A stretch of DNA of 64,000 nucleotides from Torpedo marmorata (lineage: Eukaryota). A program made the translations under genes and the position numbers. Numbering within the stretch: the first letter of the stretch is position 1; each line of letters opens with the position of its first letter. Below are positions 24,281 through 35,557 of the stretch, in pieces. Where the stretch lies: assembly GCA_977017645.1 (NCBI GenBank), contig OZ360219.1, forward strand, positions 254,200,001-254,264,000, read 5' to 3'. The notes below the pieces were generated by a model. That model saw only the letters and a list, made by a program, of their open reading frames with translations. It ran no database searches and had not been told where the DNA came from.

Positions 24281-24409
24281 CTTTGCTATTTCCATCAGGC
24301 CCTCGAAGGATTGTGCATTCTTCAATGTTACCGAAAGCTTCAAATAGTCTGCGTACGTCCTCCTCTGACTGTTGTTTGTTCAGCATGCCCACAAATAATT
24401 TTCTGTCTT
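24281..24409 (-). CDS. CELF4: CELF4 coding exon (first part of RRM2), 129 bp
   Basis: Minus strand: TTTTGTTCCAG|AAGACAGAAAA...AGCAAAG|GTAAGA. Encodes (E)[42 protein letters not shown](G). [24 protein letters not shown] matches CELF4 rather than CELF3/5/6 as I recall them. Confidence 0.92.
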
Positions 24410-25596
24410 CTGGAACAAAAGTTAAAGGTGCTTACCAAATCCTTGCTAGTTTTATGATTTTTTTTTACAGTAGTAGTATATAAATATGTAACCTGCCCCT
24501 TCAAATTGTTTATTTTATACTCCCGTAGTTTCTCATTTTGTTTAAGAAATTATTCACTTCATTTAGATGATGTGATGGCTTTTTTTGTGAAATCACTCAT
24601 AATACAATTACAATTACTCCTTAATAGTATACAGTATCTGTCTCTTATAAATGCTATGTTAATTTACACACGCATTTATATTTCATAGTTAAGAACACTG
24701 CAATGCTTTAAACTTTTCTTATAGTTTATTTAGAAACATCTCAAATATAAAATAATTTTATCTTGAATTGATGCTACTACTTGAAACTGAAGAATTACAA
24801 GATTGAAGTTAAATGTATTTGTGGACATTAAATTGGCAACAGAAAGTCCATTTTGCAGACATAACCTCTGTTGATTCAATTATTTTTTTCTGTTCACTAT
24901 TCCATTCTGTCTTAAGATGGCAGCACTGCCCATACAAATAGACAGCAAGTAAAGGCAGGGAAGGAGTAACAGGTTGCTGTCCTATAAAAATGCAGGATTG
25001 CATTTTCTTTGAAAACAAACAACTTTACAATTCTATTTTCTTTCAGCAAACTATTTTCCCTACTTTTCATCTCTTGGTTGTTTTTTTGAAGACATTAATT
25101 CCTACACTGTTCCCCAGGGACCAGGTTCCCTTTGTTTCAAAATAGGCATGGTTCAGAGCAAAATAGTTCAAATATAAATGCACTGCTGGAAAATTCTTCA
25201 GTTGTGAAAGAGCGACATAAATACAAGCACTTTTACTTTAAAATATGTCTGTTTGACTGTGGGGACATCCTGGCTAAACATGCCAATTCAAAGTTTGCAC
25301 ATAAGCACTTTAAAACAGGAGTTGCAAATAACTTTCACTGATTTTTCTTCACTTTAACAAATGGTTCCTGAGGCATATTTATGGCACTTTTACTCCTTTT
25401 CAGTCTAAAATCAAGTAAATGGCATAAATCCAGGAGCAATCCTGAGGGCTTTCTGGTCAGTGTTGTTTAGATAACACAAATGAACCATTTGGAAACATCT
25501 TATCACGTGTTGTACTACATTGCAATTGGAAACATTGAAAGTTTCAAATTTTCCAGTTACATCTTCACATGCATTAAATGTTCAAAGCAAAATGTT

Positions 25597-25805
25597 TGTG
25601 AAACACAAAAGTCTTGTGATTGTAGAAAAAACACATAAATGCTGGAGGAACTCAGCAGGTCTCACAGCGTCCATAGGAGGTAAAGATATATAACCAACAT
25701 TTCAGGCCTGAGCCTTTCTTTTAGGTATGAGTACAAAGCAGGCAGGTGCCTAAATTAGAGACTAGGGAGAAGGAAAGAAAAGGCAGGGGGAGGAGCACAG
25801 ACCGA
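25597..25805 (-). mobile_element. Penelope terminal-repeat fragment
   Basis: GTGAAACACAAAAGTC...TGCTGGAGGAACTCAGCAGGTCTC...CAGGCCTGAGCC. Confidence 0.7.
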
Positions 25806-26039
25806 TCTTTTTTTCTTATTACTCAATAAATTCAAGGTGCATATGCACAAAGGCATTGTGCTATATATAAATTCACATTAAGGAGCCAAATATTGCCAGA
25901 TGAGACAGATGTCACTCAGACAAGGGTAATGAGGCACTGGAAATTAGGCTGCAGTGTGCACTGACCTCTGCGTCTCAATTTCCAAAATCTGCTGAGTGTG
26001 CTGCTTTGAACATTTTACCTGCCCTGTAAGCCTGACACA

Positions 26040-26380
26040 CAGAACATATAGAAATCTACAATGCAGTAAAGGCCCTTCGGCCCACAGTGTTGTGCTGACC
26101 TAATAACCTACTGTAACAACTGACTGGAATTTCCCTACTGCATAACTCTCTATTTATCTATGTTCCACGTACCTACTAATAGTCTCTTAAAAGATCCGAT
26201 TGCACCTGCCTGAGCCACCATTGCTGTGTGAAAAAAATATCCCTTACATTCCCCCCTGTACTTACTCCCAAGCACCTTAAAACTATGCCCCCTCATGTTA
26301 GTCATTTCAGCCCTGGGATTTTTTAGAGCTCTATCATTTCCTATCTTCTTGAACCTCTTGTAAGCTTTTCTTCTTAACAA
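26040..26380 (-). mobile_element. CR1 3' fragment
   Basis: Minus-strand ORF ...TNMRGHSFKVLG...SFKRLL and a CR1 tail. Confidence 0.7.
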
Positions 26381-27001
26381 GATTTTCGATATCCTTTGGT
26401 TCTTTCACTGTACCATCATTTCCCAATATACATTTTGGCAAAATTAACACATTTTCCTGATTATTCCTCTGTGAAAACACAGGTGGACTATACTCTGAAT
26501 ATAAAATCACTACCTCGCAGCTGGAACTTATTGCTCCACTGTTCTTGAACTGTTTATGTTATTTACTGATTTATATAGATGCCAAATCATTCGCTCGGAT
26601 TTACAAATTAACCCATTGTGTTTTTCAAATAGAGCTGCCTTTGTCTCAATTCAGCAGTACAAACTTGCTTACTATTGGGGAAATTTGATTGAATAGAACA
26701 CTAATAGACTATCCCTCACCATAGCTGGAGTTATTTTAATTCATGCGTGCCCTGCAGCTTATTTCAGTTAAATTACAGTAGTAAGGAGCCACATGCAATC
26801 AACTAAATTTGCATTAATGATAATGAAGTGTGCATGAAACAGATGCAATTGAATAAAATGATGTAACAACACTGTAACAATTTTATAGCAGCAAATTAGT
26901 AATAGCTTCTGCATCTTCACTGTTGAGTCTGATTCCATTTCTGAGGTTAAGAGCAAAGTTAAGCATTAATTGTTAAATCAATTCTGGTAAAACTCAAATG
27001 T

Positions 27002-27149
27002 AAAAGGTAAAGGTTCCATTATTGTCACGTAATACTACATTTAGAATGTAACATACATGAAATTCTTTAATTTTTGTCTACCGTAAGGCAGTCAGAGGGT
27101 TGCTACTTTGACCAGCACCCCTCACAACGTTGTCCAGCGCCCCTCACAT
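27002..27149 (-). mobile_element. 3' tail of the 5S-derived SINE family (headless copy)
   Basis: Near-identical to 39149-39278, with a duplicated TG(A/T)CCAGC(A/G)CCCCTCACA unit. Confidence 0.8.
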
Positions 27150-28280
27150 TCAATAAGATCCCCTCTCCTTCTTCTAAATTCCAGCGAGTGCAGTCCCAGA
27201 CGACTCAATCTCTCCTCATAGGCTAACCCCCTCATCTCTGGAATCAACCTGGTGAACCTCCTCTAGACCGCCTCCAAAGCCATTGCATCCTTCCTCAAGT
27301 AAGGACACCAGAAATGCACACAGTACTCCAGATACGGCCTCACCAATACCTTGTACAGTTGCAACATAACCTCCCTGCTCCTAAATTCAATCCCTCTAGC
27401 AATGAAGGCCAACATTCCATTTACCTTCTTGATAGCCTGCTGCACCTGCAAACCAATCTTTTGCGATTCATGTACAAGCACTCCCAAGTCCTTCTGTATG
27501 GCAGCATGCTGCAATTGCTTGCCATTTAAATAATAATCAGATCTTCCATTTTTCCTTCCAAAGTGGATAACCTCACATTTACCAACATTGTACTCCACAT
27601 GCCAGACCCTTGCCCACTCACTTAACCTATCTATATCTTTCTGCAGACTCTCCGTATCCTCTGCACAATTTGCTTTTCCACCCAATTTAGTGTCATCAGC
27701 AAGCTTAGAAACACTACACACTGTCCCCTCTTCCAGATCATTAATGTATATCATGAACAGTTGTGGGCCCAGCAATGATCCCTGCGGCACCCCGCTCACC
27801 ACTGATTGCCAACCAGAAAAACACCCCTGAGTCCCAACTCTCCGCTTTCTATTGGTTAATCAATCCTCTATCCATGCTAATACATCACCCCCCCCCCCCC
27901 CACCAACTCTGTACATTGTTATCTTACGTATAAGTCTTCTATGCGGCACCTTATCGAATGCCTTCTGGAAATCCAAGTAAACAACGTCCATCTGCTCCCC
28001 TCTATCTATAATATCTTCAAAGAACTCCAGAAAATTTGTCAAACAGGACCTGCCTTTGCTGAATCCATGCTGTGTCTGCCTGATGGATCCATTTCACTCC
28101 AGATGCCTCGCTATTTCTTCTTTAATGATAGCTTCAAGCATTTTCCCAACTACAGTTGTTAAACTAACTGGCCTATAGTTCCCTGCCTTTTGCCTGCTTC
28201 CTTTTTTGAATAGTGCGTGACATTTGCCATCTTCCAATCCGCTGGTACCTGCCCAGAGTCCAGACAATTTTGGTAAATTA
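27150..28280 (-). mobile_element. CR1 LINE RT fragment (pseudogenised, lacking its own 3' end)
   Basis: DVVYLDFQKAFDKVPH; SGVPQGSLLGPQLF; LADDTKL; VRPYLEYCVHFW. Confidence 0.9.
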
Positions 28281-29344
28281 TTTCCAAAGCCTCTACTACT
28301 GCATTGGTAAAGATGGTTAATTAAGATGGAAAAAAGTTTTTTTTTTCCTTCAGACTGTTCTTCTTCTTAGTTTTTTACCTTTTGTGCTTTAGTTGCCTTA
28401 AGAAAACAATATCTTAAAGGAGAAATAGACTGGAATGTTTGAAGTGATGATGTATTTTAATGACAAGTATAACTTGCTCCAGCATATGTTGCAGTTATCC
28501 TCTGATGTGAATGCTTTCCATAGTGCAAGGATAGGCTGGTGATGCAATGACATTACTTACCTGTGCTGGTATTAAAATTAAGCTCACAATGTTAATAAAT
28601 CTATTTAAAATGGTGGCTATGGAAGTTAACTATTTGCAACCCAGCAACAGCATGTTTCAACTCATCTGTTGCAAATATAATCAAATTTCTGGTTTAAACA
28701 AAAAAAATTTAAAAATCTATGGCTTGCTTGCAATATTTTTTCATGTGTTCAAATCAAAGTAATAATAGGAAACATGTTTGCTCTGAACTTTGCAACGGCG
28801 ATAAAGATACTCAAATTTAGAATTTGTTATTCCTCAATTTCAAGCGAGAGGTCCAGAAATTATTCAACATCTGAAAAGCACATCAAACAAGTGATTCTTA
28901 GAAGGCCAGTTGCAGCCAAGTGTTGTGTACAAGAAAATGGGCCGACATGTTTAAAGTGCTGGAAGGTCTTCCCTTTGCTTGCTTTGTCACAATGGAATGT
29001 AGATAGATAGCAGAATGGGCCGGGTGTAGTTGGGAGTAAAATGATGTCAATCAGGAAGGGATGCCGTTTTAGTGCAGAAGGGTTTATAACTTTGAGTGTT
29101 GAGTCAGGTTGATGTATGGGCCAGGATGTGGGGGAACTCCAGCCATCAGTTAGAGATGAGGGTCAAATTTGTAATCGATATGATGGGGAGGGAATAGGTG
29201 GTTGTGATGAGGATGGGAGGTACTTGTGGAGAATTAATACATGAGGATAAAGTTTTCATTTAAAACTGGGCTTACTTGAAGACATAGCCAAGTTCCTCAG
29301 CCTCTCAGATTGTTTACCAATGACAAAAGCATCACGTGTTTTGC

Positions 29345-30810
29345 AAAAGAGAAACACAAAAGCTGCAGCTGCTGAATCTTGCCTCTGCGTCTCCTTCCTC
29401 ACCTCCATCCAGTGCCACAAACAGACCTTTCAGACACATCATACAACCTAATCTACTGCAGTTAGTGTACCCAGTGTGGCCTCTTCTACATCAGTAAGAC
29501 CCAACACCGATTGGATGACTGTTTCGCCGAACACCTATGCTCTGTGTGTGAGTCTAAACTTCAGCTTCCTGTAGTCAATCATTTTAACTCCCCAAGCCAT
29601 TCCTATACTGTGCTTGGCTTCATCCATTTTCAGGGTGAGACTCAATGTAAACTTGAGGAACAACACATCATATTCCTCCTGGACAGCCTTGAACCTAATG
29701 GCATGAACATTGGCTACTCTAATTTTAAATAAACCCTATATCCCCATCTTCTTTAGCTATTCCTGAACTTATTTTTTCTCTCTCCAACTTTCCTTTCCTC
29801 TCCTCCCTTTCTAATGGTTTATCCTACCCATCTCTCCACTGTCAAAATGGTGGCGCTGCCAGAGCTGCAGTTATGGCAGCGCTGCCACTGGTGCGGACCC
29901 GGGACAATGTAGAGCAGAGACACAGTGCTGCTCCAAAGAGTTTAACCACCTGCTTCATACAGGCTTTAAATGGCCCGTTAAAGGAGCCGATGGTGTTTGT
30001 AAGTAAAATCCTGCAACCATGGGATCTGTGCCCAAGATGGCGGCGCCTATGCTCGGCAGCTGCCACGAGGGATTGCAGATTCAGGGGAGTAGTGGACTGG
30101 TGCAGGGCACCAGAAATGGGTAGAACACCCCCCGTTGAGAAGGGGAAGCAGAGGAGACAACCCTACAGGGAAGGCGACCACAGCAGTGGACGAGCGTGGG
30201 GCTCAGCGGCTGAGGGACTCACACAGGCTGCGGGCTGCTGGAGACTGCCTCATGGGAACCAGACATCGGAGCTGGGATTCAAGAGGGTGCTGAGGGCAAG
30301 AAGGGCTCCCGAAAGGCCTCGGACGCTGAAGACTTCCTGATCGTGTCAGATGTTTGGATCTGAAGCTCGGGTTGCCGATGGATCGAACAGGAGTCTGTGC
30401 AGCTGCAGAGGCTGTGGGAGTGCTGGAGGCAAATCTATGGACACAGTGACTCTGAAGGGATCCTCTTTTGCTTCTCTTTCTCTCTTACTGGAAAGGGTAC
30501 CGAGCGACACTAATGGTGACTCTTTGTCTGCCTTGCGGCAGGCATAAGGCAATTTCATGTCATATTATATGTTCTGTACTATTACATGACAATAAATGAA
30601 TCTTGAATCTTGACCTCCCACATCTTCTGTCCTACACCCCATCATCTCTGGCCACTCCCCCAGCTTCTTTCCCCTTTTATATGTGAAATTTCACCTGATA
30701 TATATTAGTCTTGATAAAGGGTTCACACCCAAAACATTAACTGACCATTTCTACCCATGGATGCTGTCAGACCTGCTGAGTACCTCCAGCAATTCTTTGT
30801 TTGCACATGT
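29345..30810 (+). mobile_element. Penelope-like element fragment (GIY-YIG C-terminus and terminal repeat), split by an insertion at 29841-30613
   Basis: DDCFAEHL..PVVNHFNSPSHS..KLEEQHIIF.L.SLEPNGMNI. Terminal motif GATGCTGTCAGACCTGCTGAGTACCTCCAGCA at about 30760-30791. Confidence 0.75.
29841..30613 (+). mobile_element. GC-rich non-autonomous retroposon with a Rex1/Babar-like tail
   Basis: Starts GTCAAAATGGTGGCGC and contains CAAGATGGCGGCGC. Ends AATTTCATG...CATGACAATAAATGAATCTTGAATCTTGA. No RT coding capacity. Confidence 0.65.
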
Positions 30811-31491
30811 TTTGCAAGGCCTGCTGATGCCTGTGTTGGTCTGGTCTCCATGGGTCATGCATGCAGAAATGAAAATTATAGAATCAGCATTGCGTGCCAT
30901 TGGAGACTACATATGTCCTGACATTTCATATTTGTAGAGCATCCAGAATGAAAAATGTTCCATTCACTCGAAACATTCATGATTTTTCATTTATGATTAC
31001 TTTCCTCTCCTTACAACTGCTAAAAGTAAGGATATGAAGTGAAAAGTAAAGATCGAAAATACCATTTATATATTAAGCTCTGCTTTGATTGTTTTGCACC
31101 AATAATTAACCATCCAGCTGCTGTCCAGGGCTAACAGTAGAGGACAGCTATTTTGCTGCATACTCAAAAAAAATAAAAGCAGAGCAAAATATGTCAGAAA
31201 TCTGCAGTGCAGCTATAACAACCATCAACACATTAATTTCATCACTTCTAGCAGGATTTGGTACAAGTTTCACCTTGGCAAATTCCCATTCATCTTCTGT
31301 CAACGTGAATGATTTGTGAGGTTACTTTTTAGATACAAGGCGATATTTCAATCTAGAGAACCAACTAATCAAGTTTTGGTTATGGAGTGACCATAATCTG
31401 GAAGAATCAAGACCACTTTTGAGTAATTCTTTGGACTGACTTAAAAACTTCCCTCTTGTTTTCATCTTAAAAGTAACCATGCCACCAATAG

Positions 31492-31630
31492 TGTGAAACA
31501 CAAAAGTCTGCAGATGCTGTGATTGTAATAAATACACAAAAATGCTGGAGGAACTCAGCAGGTCTCGCAGCATCCATATGAGGTAAAGATATATAACCAA
31601 TGTTTTGGGCCTGAGCCCTTCTTCAAGGTA
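31492..31630 (-). mobile_element. Penelope terminal-repeat fragment
   Basis: GTGAAACACAAAAGTCTGCAGATGCTG...GGGCCTGAGCCCTTCTTCAAGG; imperfect flanking repeat ACCAATA(A)GTGT. Confidence 0.75.
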
Positions 31631-31944
31631 CCAATAAGTGTCCTCCCTCTGTTAGTGTGAAGTACTCCCATATTGTAAATTCAGGGATTTACCGCAAAGA
31701 TAAACATTCTTGGAGAGTTCTGTGAAGATACAAAGTGTTGCCATGGAAATTATATTTTTTTGATAATGAAAATAATTCAAAACTCAGAAGCTGAAAATCT
31801 GAAATAAAAACAGAAAATGATTGGAACACTCCACAGCTCAGGCTGCATCTGGGAAGAAAAGCAGTTAATGTTTTAGGCCAAAGCCTTGTCTCATTCAACC
31901 TGCAACGTTAACTCTGGTTCGTTTTCACTGAAACTGCCAGATAA

Positions 31945-32197
31945 GTAGATGAGGAGAAATCTCTTCAGCCAGAGGATTGTGCATCTGTGGAATTTGTTAC
32001 TACATACGGCTGTGGAGGCCAAGTGTTTGGGTATATTTAAAGCAGAGATTGATAGGATGTCAACAGTTGAGAGGAGAAGGCAGAAGAATGGGGTTGAAGG
32101 GAAAAAAATACATCAGCCATGATTTGAATGGTGGAACAGATTCGATGGACTGAATGGCCTAATTCTGCCACTAAGTCTTATGATCTTATGGTCTTAT
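31945..32197 (+). mobile_element. CR1 3' end
   Basis: GATGAGGAGAAATCTCTTCAGCCAGAGG...GAATGGCCTAATTCTGC...TCTTATGATCTTATGGTCTTAT tail. Confidence 0.75.
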
Positions 32198-34132
32198 AAG
32201 ATGCATGTGGACCAAAGTGTTGAGCCACAAGCTCGGAATAGAGAGTAAAAAAGGCAGCATGTATTTTTGCTCCAGTTTCTTCCCAAGTGGGTTGAGTTTT
32301 AATTATCCCTATTCATATCCATTAACTATAAAGTTATGCATTAAATATAACATAACAAAACTGGCACGGGAGCTGTAGATCCTGATAAGATAGAATTAGA
32401 TTTACTCTTGGAATTTAAGCAAAAGACTCAGGCTTCAAAGTGCTGAAAGATACTTTCCATCACTTCTCATTCCTCCACCATAGCAACAGTTCTTCATGCA
32501 TATATTTATTGTTAGTAACAGTTAATGAGCAACCACAGTGAACTTTTCCATGGACATCAGAGCCACAACCAGTTGGATGTACATCCCTGAGGTGATGATG
32601 TTGAGTTGTGCACAAGGCATTCAACTAATGATTAATCTTCAAAGACTGGAGTTAGCTCAAAAACAAAATGTGGTGGGAGACCCATAGGCAGATGGGTACT
32701 TTCACTGACTGTGTTTACCCTGACAGAACTCTGCCCTTCTAAGACAAGCTAATTTATTTGGAAACATGTTGCTTCATATTTCAATAATAGAAGTGGTTTC
32801 TGATGGTAGAGGAGAGCTATTTACATGAGCAGGAAAACAGAACAATTATAGCACTTACAATTTTATCAGGGAAATGTAGAACTATGACAATTGAAAATAA
32901 TTGTAAGTGTTACATTGAAATAAACCTATGGAATTCTGCATGCTGACAGATAGTGAGTTAATACCAAGTCAGTTAGAAGAGGTAGAACCTTGTTTGATCC
33001 CTGACGTCTGCTGTCTTAACTGACCCCAGCAAAGTGGTATGGCGGTTGTTCATATCATCCTAGTGTCAGAGGGCTGGGAAGATCACTCCGTTATCTTGCT
33101 CTTAATCACTGTCGCCAGATTCTGAGGAAGGCATGCATTTCAGCCATAAGGCTTAAGATGATATTAGGCTGCGTCCTCATGTATCCTATTCACTGACTGG
33201 GTTTACTGCACACAGTTCCTGCCTACCAGCAATTAGCCAAATGTAAGGGGGGAGCTGACCTTACAGGTTGAGAGGAATCCTTAGAGGCAGAGGAGAGGCT
33301 CTGAGAGATCGGTCCCTCAGGTAGTATATCATTGGGGCCTGGTCCGAATCACCCGGATGGCTCTCGAATACAAGTCCCTGTCCCACTATTGGCCTCAATA
33401 CTGCAACATTCAGATGGTCATATGTGCCACAGTCAGAATGTTTCTGCATTCTTTGTTACATCGAACTAGTGCATAAATGCAAGAAATCCTGAATGTTGAG
33501 AAGGTGACAGCCAATGGTTCTCACATGTCTGCCAGCAGCAGCTAAGCACAATCTGGCCCATTATCAACAGCAGAATAATTTACGTTCGGTCATTCTAATG
33601 GATGACTAATGGGGAAAAGATCTTGAGAGTAGTGGTTTGCTGGAAGTGTATGGGCAATGACTGAAGGTAAGGAACACATTAGGGTAATTCAGGGCAGACC
33701 TGGCACTACATCACCTGAAGTACAGTTACTCTCAGCACCCTCAGCGATTCCTCTCAGGTGTGAAGGGTCGCTGCAAGAATAAGAAGATGATTGATTGTTG
33801 GAGCTATTAAAGGCATTATGCCACTTAACCTTTGAATTGCTTGCTGAATGGTTGGCTGCTACTGTTGATTTGCCCTGCAATTGTTCTTTGAGGGAGTTTG
33901 GGAATTTAGATTGTAGACAAAGTAGAGTTCGAACCTTGTGTGTTCCTTCAGGATGAATGGTATTGCCCTTCCCATTGCACTGAACCCTAAGCCTTGCCTA
34001 TGATCAGTACTAAAGTGACCAGGATAGCTATGAGAGAGGAAAAATTTGAGAAGGGATCACATGCTTGGGGTGATGAATAGGAACAGTTGAACCTGGTCTG
34101 ATTTTGAGCAGTGCTAGGAACTCAGATTACAA

Positions 34133-34580
34133 AAGAACATAAGAACATAAGAAATAGGAGCAGGAGTGGACCATCTGGCCCTTCAAGCCTGCTCTGCCAT
34201 TCAATGAGATCATGGCTGATCTGATGAAAGGCTCATCTCCACCTTTCTGCCTTTTCCCCATATCCCTTAATTCCCCTACGATGTAAAAATTTATTCAACC
34301 TTGTCTTGAATATATTTACTGAAGTAGCTTCCACTGCTTCAATGGGCAGTGAATTCAACAGATTCACCACCCTCTGGGAAAAGCAGTTCCTCCTCCTCTC
34401 CGCCCTAAATCTACTATCCTGAATCTTGAGGCCATGCACCCTAGTTCTAGTCTCCCCCACCAATGGAAACAACTTACTCTATCTCTATCAACAACTCTAT
34501 CTTATCTATGCCTTTCATAATTTTGTACGTTTCTATAAGGGCCCCTCTCATTCTTCCAAATTCCAGCGAGTACAGTCCCA
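34133..34580 (-). mobile_element. CR1 3' end
   Basis: AAGAACAT tail repeat; ORF MFPLVGETRTR..RRNCFSQRVVNL. Confidence 0.85.
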
Positions 34581-34581
34581 T

Positions 34582-34941
34582 TAGGAGAGAAGAGAAAGTG
34601 AGAGAGAAGGAGAGTGGGAAGTTTCAAAGAGAGACGTGATAAGAGAGAGGGAGAAAAGGGACAGAGGGATGAGAAATGGAGGAAGAGTGAGTTGAGGAGA
34701 GGGGTAGAGGGAGAGAGAGTGGGAAAAGAGAGAGGGATGGAGAGAGGGTTGGAGAGGTATGGAGAGAGGGATAGAGAAGGATGGAGAGAGGGATGGAGCG
34801 AGGGATGGAGAGAGGGATGGAGGGAGGAGGGGGAAAGAGGGGGGAAAGGTGGAGAAAGGTGGGAAAAGAGGGGGGTTGGAGAGAGAGAGGGAGAAAGAGA
34901 GAGAGAGGATGAGAGTGAGAATGAGAGAGAGAGAGAGAGAG
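34582..34941. repeat. GA-rich low-complexity polypurine tract
   Basis: About 360 bp of almost exclusively G/A, with GAGAGAGGGATG-type units. Confidence 0.9.
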
Positions 34942-35557
34942 AATCAGACTTGGGTTGGAAGAGAGTACATAATACTCAGGGAAGCAGGAAGTGGAAAGGA
35001 AGCATTGGGTCTTGGAGGGGTAAAACCAAAGGACAATGTAACATTCACCTGATATCTGGAAATGCTTGAGAGAGTGGAGAGAGTTCAGGACTGGAGTGTG
35101 TGTGTTTTTTAAATTGGCGACAAGGAAAGGAGGAAAGCACTGTAGACGATGAAAATCTGAGATAAAAGAAAAAAATGCTCGAAGTCTCAGCAGGTGGTTC
35201 AACACCTTCAGGGAGAGCAAGTGAATTAACATTTCAGGTTGTTGGTTTTGCAGTTAATGAGTATTTCTAGCATTTCTGTTTTATTTTAAAGCAGAAGACA
35301 CGTCCCAAAAGTTTCAGCAAAACTAAGAAATAACAAAAAAGCTCAATAGTGAGGGAATGTTAAGATGGTGGGACTAAAAATGTCTCACATCAGCTTGATG
35401 TACACTCCGAGCCAGGCATGATCTTGTAGCAGATTAAATGTTAGGATAATGGGGTATACGATGGGAGATCCTCTCAAACTGGCAGCTCCTCTAAAGGGCC
35501 AGCTAAAGTATAATGGACCAGCTGCCCCGCTTCAAAGCTGTGAGTTTCCATGACTCT

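Noticed and set aside
24809-25018. Possible extra CELF4 cassette exon after a minus-strand TTTTTATAG acceptor near 24984
   Set aside because: The translation does not resemble any CELF linker I recognise and there is no convincing donor site.
29842-30558. Several 65-155 aa ORFs in the GC-rich insert
   Set aside because: Expected by chance in GC-rich sequence; no domain motifs or splice structure.
34614-35232. ORFs of 97-202 aa on both strands
   Set aside because: Artefacts of the GA-rich low-complexity tract.
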